From NCBI GenBank assembly GCA_030141605.1, contig JAQGDQ010000120.1, positions 186,001-250,000 of the forward strand: a DNA stretch of 64,000 nucleotides. Direction: 5' to 3'. Position 1 is the stretch's first letter. Every line of letters begins with the position of its first letter. Below, one piece after another: positions 1 to 10,320 of this stretch. The notes below the pieces were generated by a model that made no database searches, was not told the origin of the DNA, and saw only the letters and a program-made list of their open reading frames with translations. This DNA is from Tubiluchus corallicola (taxonomy: Eukaryota; Animalia; Priapulida). The position numbers and the translations under genes are program-made.

Positions 1-819
1 TGCATTTCGATAATAAAAATTAAATTTATAATGCGTAATTAGTGTACGTACATTCATTTTCGTTGTGTTGAATACTTAATCGTGCATGGAGAAGACACAC
101 ATAGCAAAATAGATCAGAAAGGCAGCGTGTGTTTAACACATATAGTTGCGCAGTCAATGTAACAGAAGCCGCGTTCAGTTTTCTCACTCTTTACGTGTTT
201 TCAGTCCTTTGCGTGCAATAATTGAAGAATTTATATCGGGAAAATTATGTTTGAAGGCAAAAGTAAATTTGAGTTGATCGCATAATTTCGTATTTTTGAA
301 ATGCTACTTTTGATTCCACTTGTATAAACGTGATAATTTAACAATGAATATAACTTTGCGCATGCAAGAGAAATGTATTAAACGTATTAAACGTAAAGCA
401 TTTTCAACCGATGAATGAAATAAAGGCACTTGGAAAATATTCGAGTAATAATCTTCTTGAATTTATCATCGGCGCATGTAAATTGGATATTACGGTCCAT
501 TATTAAACGCCGTAGATTCTTTGCAGATTGAGTGATATTATCTATTATATTCCATTGTATAATGCGCAACATTTACCACAGTGAAACTACTGTGATCAGA
601 GCAAACTGAGCGGTAATCAGAAAAGACATGTTTGGGAAGGCTAACGGATTTCCATATTTAGTATAAATTGTTTATATTTATAACGGTGTGCACATAACAA
701 TCATAAATGATGCCTCAATTAATTGTGACAGCTGCCTTAGTCCTTTGAGACAGCCCTCAGGTAGTATTTTCTACATGGCGCGGGCACATTTGTCTGCTTG
801 GCCAAGAAGAATCTTAACT

Positions 820-2160
820 TCATTGTGTAGCGGCAGACAGAGCTAAATGTTCAGTTTGTGTGTTGCCGCTCGAGTCAGGTATAACAGTAGTACTATCTGG
901 TACAACACTGTTGTGATTTTTACCATTAATGTTGTCCACATCGTTAGCTTTTGTATAGATCACCATCGGCACTGTCGTGTCTGCAGTTTTTAAGCACAGT
1001 CGCTTGATGGAGAGTGCGCATGCATTCTGACATAGGATGTCGTTGAATTCTTTACGGAAGTTATCGTTCAGCCAACCATACAGCAGAGGATTTGAGCAAG
1101 CTGAACTCATAGCCATCATGTAGCACACAGCGAATATGGTGTACTGTTGGCCAGATTCAATGCCTAATGCACTACTGGATGGTGAAAAGTAAAACATAAT
1201 CATGTTGAAAATGTTTAAGGGTAGCCACGAGAGGGCGAACACGGCTGCCACGGCAATGAGGAGTTGATTGGTACGGCGTGTCCGTCGAGCTTCAATCTCG
1301 CGCCGTCGTTGGTCTTTCGTTGAGCTGACATGAGTCACCATCCTATATTCTAGACGGTGGCATATGCGAGCATACGCTAAGCTAACGATGAGAATAGGCA
1401 GTACATATTGACACACTAACATAGCACAAGTGAACACAAGGCCCCCGTAAGTTATTGGCCAGTTTTCAGCGCACACCACGCCAATATTCACCTGACAGTC
1501 CTCACATGTAGAGTCTATAGGTAACTCGCAATCCATGCAGTTTTCACATGATTCCTTGCAAGTTTTGTGTAACCATAGCGACAACTGCCTCGCTTCGTGA
1601 TAGATAAACATAGGCGTGGCCAATAGGAAGGAAAACATCCAAACACCAGCAAGAAGAAGGAGTGAACCCAGCTTTTGAACACATTCCTTGGTAGGGTAAA
1701 CAATTACCTGATACCTATCCAACGCAATGGCTGTTATGCTAATGGTTGACACTAGCACGTTAGTAGCTTGAATGGAACGGACGAACTTGCACATGAATGG
1801 CCCTAGTATCCAGTCTTTGTGCAGAAGTGTGGCTAAAGTAAACGGCATGGTGAAAAGACACAATATAAGATCAGATAGTGCCAGATTGACTATGAACAGA
1901 TTTCTGGCAGTCCTCATCTGAGGCTTTCTGATCACTGCTGCAACAACCAGACAATTTCCAAAAGCACCGATGCAGATTAATAAGCAGAACATGGCGATGA
2001 GGATATTCTGTGTTAGCGGATCAAAATTTGCCGTACCTTCAGACACCATCTGGAGCAATCCGCTCTGTTCCAGGAACTTCTTGCTGGCATTAACAGAATC
2101 AGTACTGTTACTAAAGAACAGGAACGTCATCTCCTGCATTTTCTGAACTGCCTCCTCCAT
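820..2160 (-). CDS. NPFR: Neuropeptide F / NPY receptor-like class A GPCR (446 aa from first ATG, single coding exon), divergent paralogue
   Basis: Seven hydrophobic segments with GN (TM1), NLALSD (TM2), IALDRYQVIVYPT (TM3), CAENWP (ECL2), QYVLP (TM5), SWLPLNIFN (TM6) and SSACSNPLLYGWLNDNFRKEF (TM7/H8). The TM3 and TM7 strings are characteristic of protostome NPFR. N-terminal NST/NAS sequons. In-frame TGA 11 codons upstream of ATG 2160 supports this start. Confidence 0.93.
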   Translation of the reverse strand: MEEAVQKMQEMTFLFFSNSTDSVNASKKFLEQSGLLQMVSEGTANFDPLTQNILIAMFCLLICIGAFGNCLVVAAVIRKPQMRTARNLFIVNLALSDLILCLFTMPFTLATLLHKDWILGPFMCKFVRSIQATNVLVSTISITAIALDRYQVIVYPTKECVQKLGSLLLLAGVWMFSFLLATPMFIYHEARQLSLWLHKTCKESCENCMDCELPIDSTCEDCQVNIGVVCAENWPITYGGLVFTCAMLVCQYVLPILIVSLAYARICHRLEYRMVTHVSSTKDQRRREIEARRTRRTNQLLIAVAAVFALSWLPLNIFNMIMFYFSPSSSALGIESGQQYTIFAVCYMMAMSSACSNPLLYGWLNDNFRKEFNDILCQNACALSIKRLCLKTADTTVPMVIYTKANDVDNINGKNHNSVVPDSTTVIPDSSGNTQTEHLALSAATQ

Positions 2161-2202
2161 GACGAGGCACTTTGTTAGTTTCAAGGAGCTTCACACGTCA
2201 AT

Positions 2203-2225
2203 CTGAAATGGCAAAAGAAATTTAT
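2203..2225 (-). other. 3' splice acceptor of a 5'UTR intron of the receptor gene
   Basis: Minus strand reads ...aatttcttttgccatttcAG|attgacg..., a polypyrimidine tract plus CAG 42 nt upstream of the ATG. Confidence 0.7.
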
Positions 2226-4399
2226 TGGTGAATGCACTTACACGATGTTTGGCTAAGTGTGTTTTTGCTCGCTCGAGTATGTGGGTAGTAGTAGTAAACA
2301 GGGACTCAAATGGATTAAATTCTTGCCACGTGACGTGTTAATGTCTTCAGAACGTAAGTGAAAGGAGTAGTGCGTATCACCTGGTGATATTCCTGGCAAA
2401 TGACAATCCATGAGACACATGCCTATGACCCTAAATCCGCACCAAACAAGCGGAAGTATAAAATGTCATATGCGTATCATATGATATCAGATGAAATCAT
2501 ATGCGTATCAAAACAATTTAATACAGTAAAAAAATAACTTAGCGGCGTCGGATTGAGGCTTGACAGAAAAGAACACGCGTATTGTCAACAAATGATAATT
2601 TATAACAACTTATCCAAAGTCATCAGACGATCATCAAGGCGAGTTGTGATAAATAGTGCTATTTCTGAAGGTTGGCATGTCGGCGTCAGATTATGCATGC
2701 TTTGACGTAGTGTGGAACACATACATTCAGTTAATGAATAAAGACCCAACAGCAATCTACATGATCTACATAAGTTCTTAAGCCGACTTATGACTACAAA
2801 TAATCTTTAGAAGAAAAAAGACAATTTATCCAAATGACCTAAGACATAATTTGTAAAGCCAATGTTGGGCAGAAACAGGAAAAGATAATGTATAACATTA
2901 CTTATTGACAAATATGATTTAACGCTTGGTGCAATAAATGTGTCAGTAGCGAATTTGTAGATGCACATATGTAGTAGTAGTAAAAAAGTAATCGGCAAAG
3001 TGAAAACTAAAAAATAAATAAACGCACAAGCGAACAAACTGTATACAAATTAAAAGAAGTCATTTTTGTGTTCCTAATCTATTTTAGTAAAGTTTTATCC
3101 TCATTTATCATTAATTAAACAACTTAACATTTATAATTAATTAATCAATTTAACAAAATTGACTGCTTAAAGCGATTGATAAATTAATTTTATCAAGCCA
3201 AATTTCACGGAAAGTTTCAGGCTCAGCTCTTTTCAAGCCAACAAATACTTTGGGAGTATTTAGACTATTTCCAACATATTAGTACGAAATGCGAAGCTTT
3301 AAATTATTTGCTTATTGAGTTTTTCCATCCAACTACTTGGAAATGTCGTTGAGATCACCATTTAGCGTTGCCATGGATCAATTTCGTGAATATGTCATTT
3401 AGAACGTCACTTAGCGTTGCCATTGTATCTGGTTTATCATAAAAATGTAGAATACGAAGTGACTCTGCTATGACGCCAGAACATAAAAAAACTGGCTGAA
3501 TACGTATTACATAAATAACAACGAGAACAAAACCGGCTTTACGTCGAAAAAGACCTGTTTATAAGGTTACATAAGTTTACAAGGCTTGAAGAGAGTAACC
3601 AAAAACGCATATGCGATTTACATGTAGTATATATTGCTTTGTCGTGGTCTTTTTGAAGACATGGAACGACAAATTAAACACGTGATCTACCATATTTGTG
3701 ACCGCTGCACATTTAAAGGAAAAATTAATGCTCGAACAACATTCATTGTATTTATATACGCTTATAAACATCAAAACTACCGCACAAATATGCGCATAAA
3801 ATGCCTTGCTTAAAAAGGCAAATGAAATTTGAATCATTCTTATCTTCCGCAAAGCGAACTGAGCTGCGGTCATATTTGAAAAAAAAATTACGCAAGCTGG
3901 TGAACAGCACGAAGCATGCGTTGCAAAACTTCTGCAGTTCACTCAGAAATTCCGCCATCCTAACTGATTAAATCATTGCGAAAAAAATAAGTCGCCGGAT
4001 TAATTATCAACATAGTTTTAATCCACAGCATTATACCCCAAAATGCGAAAGTACTACACATTATAAAATTACATAATTACAGATAAGCACAGAATAATGC
4101 GAGACTGCGGGTGTACAGTAAGTGCTGGTTGGGTTGCTTTAGGTTGGATTACAGTAACTACATCAACTATAATACAGTAATAGTAACTACAACTGTGAAA
4201 AAGGTTGCTCAAGCACTGACTGTTTATATGCACTGTAACCGGTGACGCCATTTTTCATTCAAATGAGCGCACCCCAGCGTAAAGTTGTCACGACTATAAA
4301 TTGATTTACACGAAGCGCTTGTCACAATTTTATTGCTAAAACTTCAAGTCGGATTTAAACTTAACAGAAACACAAGCTATGAGGCTTTTATCGCCGACT

Positions 4400-4585
4400 G
4401 TAAGTAACAAACTGCACCTACGTAAGAGAGAGTATTATTACCCTGCTTTTACCCTAAATGCCACATCGTCTGGCAGGGCAACAATAGGTACCACTTTTAA
4501 AGTCATTCATAATATCCGGCAACAGTATCGAACTCACGACCTCCCAGACGGAAAGCGGACGCGTTACCACTGGACTATACCGTCT
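4400..4585 (-). mobile_element. tRNA-derived SINE with MetaSINE-like central domain
   Basis: Minus strand: A-box TAGTCCAGTGGT, B-box GAGTTCGATAC, then GACTTTAAAAGTGGTACCTATTGTTGCCCTGCC...GGCATTTAGGG, which resembles (from memory) the Meta-domain consensus GACTTTAAAAATGGTACxxxxTGC...CATTAAGGG. Confidence 0.7.
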
Positions 4586-6934
4586 AGTATTGTTGAAACT
4601 TTCGAACATTTTTCTCAACTATCAAAATAAGCTCAACTTTCCGAGAGGTTTGACTTTTCCGTTAATTCAGGTGACATCAAGTAAGCAAATGCGCGATTAC
4701 AAAAATGTCTGGCAAGAACTAGAATGATGAGCTTACGCACCCGTAGGTAAAGAAATTGTGGATCTCCAGGATAGAATTAATTTCTGGGAAACCTCCTGAT
4801 GTGGATGATATTTCCCTTTCGGATAATGTAAAGCCGAGATTGCATCATGCTGAGCAACCATTTTTTCATGTTAGCGTTAGGCGCACCACATGTGTAAACT
4901 ATCTTGCATATGTAATATGTATTGCTATAATATCCAAGATTGAAATACATTATTGTATTCTCCTACTTTTAGATTTTTTGAGCCCAAACCCAAAGACTAA
5001 AACCCAAGCTAGGTTTCAATTTCTTATGATATAGTGTGGTGACATGTAAGTCAATGGCCTCATTTTGCGCAGCTTCTTAATTATAAAAACTGCTTAACGT
5101 ATCTCCATTTTGCCAAAATAATTACTTATTAAATCGATAGCATGTAATTATCGTTGAAATAAATTTAGTGAAACGTCAATTAAAATTTGTTCGCTAACTA
5201 GTGGCGTTAATTTAAATCAAATTTATAGAAAGACTAATGAGAAAGGCGCGTGTAATTAGAGGATTAGTGAGCCACGATTTAGCATCTGATAAGTGTGAGA
5301 CAGGAAATTAACACCGCTAAAAAGAGATAGTCACTTGCTAAATAATTATACGAAAAGGAGAAGATGGTACGTACCACACCGAAGAATCAAAAGAAGATAA
5401 GCTTTGATAATGTTTAATAATTTAAGAGGCAACAAATGATAAAATATATACTTTTGTAAGCTAAATGTACGTCTTGTAATTCTGCACAGTTTACAACAAC
5501 CAAAAACTGCGGAAAACGCTAACCAGTTTATCTATTTAAGTTAACAGTGGCAACAAATTAACGCTTTCCAGGCTTGGTTTGTCTATTAGCAACAGTAGAT
5601 GCAACAATAAAATCTTTTGATTCTTACTGGATAAAATTGACCTGTTAATAGGTCTCACTTGCTTTAACTTGAGTCAAGTGACAGTCATTCCCCTATTGCG
5701 CTGTGATGATGGTGAAGACCACGGTGACTCACAAGTAACTCGCCAAAAAGTCCTTCGAGAGACACTGTCGCATACACACTCAACATACCACGTAACAAGT
5801 GCATGACTTGGCTTCTTTGTAATTGAAAGTATCATGGTAAGTCAAGTGTTCAGCCCACTTTTCTTACTAGTTATACTATAATAACAGCTGCTCTTACCCT
5901 GTGTTAATTCGATATGTGTTAATAGTCAGCAATAAAATTTACTACATCCGAGAAAAACACGACAAAGCTATAGTCACTGAAGCGGGGTAAGCCAGAAAAT
6001 TTTGTCTTTCTAAGTAAAATGCTACCACTTTGCTTTGCTCTTTTACTGAGAGCGCATTTTATTTCTTTATAAGCGAATTGCGGGAATTCCAAAGAAAAAA
6101 TTCTTCGTTTGCGATGTTTTGCGTGATTTATAGCAGTGGCAAATTAGTATAATATCATGGTCTGATTACCGAATTTTGGGAATGTTTATTAAGACGAGTG
6201 ACTTAAGAGACAGACGCAGAAGTATTTAATGATCAGTAGATATGCCAGTATTGAAATTCATATTCCTTGTTTTTCACAGTATCTCTTTTGAAAGTTCCAC
6301 ATGTGAGGTACGCATGCGTTTTTCCTTAGGCGATTTTCACAAAAATGTTCACGCGTCATAGGAATCTCGACCCTGATAATCAATGTCAGTAACCAACAGA
6401 GAAAGTAATAACAATGTAATTTGGATCACTCAAGCACCTTTGACACTTAGGACAAGTATTTCTAGTTTGCCTGCTCCAAGCGGGATTTGAATCATTACAA
6501 GAGTAAACTTCTATCGTGTTAGAAAAAGAAATAAGAAGATGAGTTAAACTATCTCTCTCTCCCATATTTTAGGTTCGCTGTGTGATTTTCTAGGTTCTTT
6601 TCGCTGATTTGCTAGTGCCATCATCTAGCAGAAGAAACAATTTCGATGCTAAAACAAAAAGCTCTTTACGTTTAAGTAGCAAGAGCAAGAGGACTGAATG
6701 AATATACATAGCATAAAGTCTTAAAACGAATAAGAATGTTTGGAAGTACAGCTTAAATGCAAAACTCAAATTCGTATCATTATCACTTATAATAATTATT
6801 ATGAAAATTGAACACGTAATATCATACTAACCGATAACGTAATAAAAACCAGCTTAAATATGTTAAATACTTGCTTAGACAGAAGTTTTTGTAAATAAAA
6901 TAAGAAACTTCTTATTCTTCCATTGGGAACCAAT

Positions 6935-7334
6935 CAGGGCTGAATTATTCTATAGGTTACTATAGGCTAGAGCCTTGGGCTTTGGGACCCATGCTTTGCA
7001 TGGCTGAATAATTTAAATCACTTAAAATAAAATTTCAACCTTAAAAAGGAGGCAGGAAGTCCGAAAACCCAATTTTTAAGTGGCTACGCATTTGATATAA
7101 AGGATCCTTATTTGAAGCCTTTTATTTGACACAAAGGGCCTTTGTTTGAAGCCCTTATTTGGGATAGAGGTCCCTCTTTGAAGCTCTTCATTTGAAATAT
7201 GGCAAATGTTGCTGAAATATATCACAAATAGAAAATATCCGAGACGAGTGCGAGCATTTTAGAGGGTGGCTCTGTCTGAGCAGGCCCCATAATTTCATTT
7301 GCCTAGGGGCCCAAAATATCGTAATCCGGCTCTG
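6935..7334. mobile_element. Decayed hAT-like MITE
   Basis: Imperfect TIRs CAGGGCTGAATTA / revcomp CAGAGCCGGATTA; flanking 8-mers GAACCAAT and TAAGCAAT (6/8 match, eroded TSD); three internal ~33-bp repeats at ~7100-7197. Confidence 0.6.
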
Positions 7335-8672
7335 TAAGCAATGCATGTATGCTGCAGTTTGAAGCAGTTTTTGTCAGGGTTCATACATATTGAGTGCAAC
7401 ACTTGTAAACCTAATACACACAAGTGGTTTAATGGAGCGGCATTAGATCTATCATAAATATTCAACTAACATTCATTTTCTATTTCATGTTACGTAAAAA
7501 CATCTTATCTGTTAGCAAGTAAAAGAAAAAATATTTACGTTAGTTGGAGATCTTTTAAAGCATCTTCAAGTTCGATCGACCACCTGACTATGTTTTTTCT
7601 GCAACTAAAACAAATGCGCAACTAAAAGGTCCATTCGGAAGACAACGTTTTAGTAGCAGAACTTCAAGTTGAAATTAATGTAAACGTGGAAACATAATAA
7701 CACAAGAAAAAGCAATTTTGTGTTTTATCCTTATTGTACTTCGTTAAAGTCATTTGACTATATTCCAAACGATCATGATTAATGATCGAGATAGAATCCA
7801 AAACTTTATTAATGTGAAGCGATTAGGCGTGTTTACATCATATTGGTACTTAATAACGATTTATATTCTGGTGAAGGGGACAAGAACTAATGAGCAATAT
7901 TTTTCATTTTAGAATCTTAAAGGCCTCAGAAGCTCCAGTAAATCAGTTGCGTCATTGAATAAAATGATGTCCAGTTAAGCCTACTTATATGACTAGGGCT
8001 TATATTGTTAAAAAAACTACAATTGAAAAACGTTGTACTCTGCAAAAGTTAACTAGTTATGAGTCCCATATTTTAAAAGTCCCATTACTTCTATGCAAAA
8101 TAAAGCCTTTCCAGCCGAACGGTTCTCGGCCATTGAGCAGGCATAGGGTTAAAGAACTTACACTGCACGAAATACTTTTGCTGATCACCTATATTCCTAA
8201 AAACCCTGAGTTTAATAAAATTCTTCAGCGAGTATAAACATTTGTGCCATAGCGTAAAATCACACTAACTAAAAAGGCTAGCTGTAAACGGAAAAAGGAA
8301 AATAATTTTATTAATGACAGCAACTCTATCTACAACGGATGAAACAAGAAATTGAAAATAATGACTCAAGCTCATCTTTTTTGCCGCAAAGTCCGCAGGT
8401 GTTTTTTAATATCCGGTGCATTTGACGAAATTTACGAACTTCGCAGTTGCAATGCTTTATTACGGACGTGCTTGTCCCGTTGGACTTTTAGTGAATTAAA
8501 ATGTATTATGACTGCCGCAGCAATGTTGAAAAAATATGACAGACAGCTGACACAACTGCATATCAGCTTGATAGTATGACAGAAGAAATTAGAATACATT
8601 ACGCCAATTTCATGACAGTAAACTAGTATTATTTATTTTAAAGTGAGAGGAAGAAAAAGAGAGAAAGAGATA

Positions 8673-8788
<116 letters not shown>

Positions 8789-10275
8789 TTTAGAATATTA
8801 TATCAATATAACTGCAGTTTTTAAGTTTAGAAGACAGCTTTGGAGTTTATACTGCAAGGTAAGTCAATATACCAGGTCAAAAGGCTGTTATCTTCTTTCC
8901 TTCCTTTGCAGTCACCTTCCTCTAATTGCGTAGTTTGATCTTTTTCAATTTGAAGTACACGAAAAATTTGTCATCAGCTTTTTGATGTTGCCGACAACGG
9001 TATTCTGATCATAACTTTCAAGTTAACAATGATCCGCGCAAAAGCACGTGGCAGGCTTCTTTAAACCAAATTCGATTAAAGGCAACGTTAAATTTTTGGA
9101 ATGATGTGATTGCATTGTTTTATTGTCAGTTGTTGCTTCTTGCATCCACTTTCAGATTCTTCACTGATATGTGCAGATATGACGAGACTTCAACGTGAAT
9201 GTTTGCCAGTTTTAGTTAGTGACGAAATATGGATCGTTCATAAAATAAAAGCAAAATGTTAATTATTGGTACCTAGAAATGCCGATATCATATCAGTATT
9301 GTTGAAAGTTGTTGTAATTGATTCCACAAGGAAGTAATTGCTTTTCTGGACAAATCCGACTCTTTTGCTTGGTTTCCTCATTTGTTTACGTGACTCGCTA
9401 AGGTAGAGACACTTTCCGCGGTCATAACTCTTGCGACGGAAAAGGGAAGGAAATTTCATCACATCGATCAATCAAGCGTCAAGCGGCACTCTTTTTGCTG
9501 ATCGTTGATTGCCAAATGCAATTTAAAAAATAACGTAGCTGCGAAGGTGACATGGCAGAAGCCACCCTGCTGCTTTGTCTCCCTGTAGAGATCAATCAAA
9601 TGCTAAACTTTAAAAATAGTAAATTAACATATTTTCAACAATTTTGGGGTTCAAGATGGCTTATTTTGCCCACCAGAAATGATCTATAGTAATAGTAATA
9701 AAACGTATTAATAAACATCCACATGCAGCTGCATACATTAACAGATGACAATTTATTGTTAGTATCATGAATTCCACGAAAGAATAATGAATGTAAATTT
9801 TTTCTGTGAATTCTCTAGTGCAAGAAAACAAACATGACATCTTATAGTATTTTTCTTGTTATGCACGAATTCACTTCTAGCGCATTATAAAGGTAAAGAC
9901 AACGAAATGTTTAAAATGCTGTAACGACGACGAAATGCCATTTATTTTCACCCCTTACTTTCTTGCGATGGTTTGCGAATACACTGCATATCAGGATTGC
10001 ATATCGCGTATAAAACTATGGAATGGTCTCTTCGGTTCAGCAGGTAGTATGGAAGAACGGGAGCAAGTCTTTCAACATTAACACTCTCTGTTTTGACGTT
10101 CACTTTGGATTCTGCAAAATATGACGGCATAATCCAACATTGAACCAAGACCTTGGCGTTTTTATATGAAATTTATAACTTCGTAAAGGTATTTTTATTT
10201 TGTAAAAACTTACGTCGTTATTTTTGCAGAAAAGTGAACGTCAAAACACAGAAATTAATGTTAAAAATTTGCCCA

Positions 10276-10306
<31 letters not shown>

Positions 10307-10320
10307 TCGCCGCCGTCGTC
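10276..10320. repeat. (GTC)n microsatellite
   Basis: Directly visible. Confidence 0.95.

Noticed and set aside
1495-1560. 4Fe-4S ferredoxin motif in the receptor loop
   Set aside because: Spacing is the reverse of CxxCxxCxxxCP, and the loop is extracellular and oxidising; disulfides or other metal binding are more plausible.
2161-2184. N-terminal extension MKLTKCLV in the ORF track
   Set aside because: Begins at TTG, a prokaryotic-style start; the first in-frame ATG is at 2160.
8100-8152. piggyBac-like end (AGGG-TTAA)
   Set aside because: No matching opposite terminus found.
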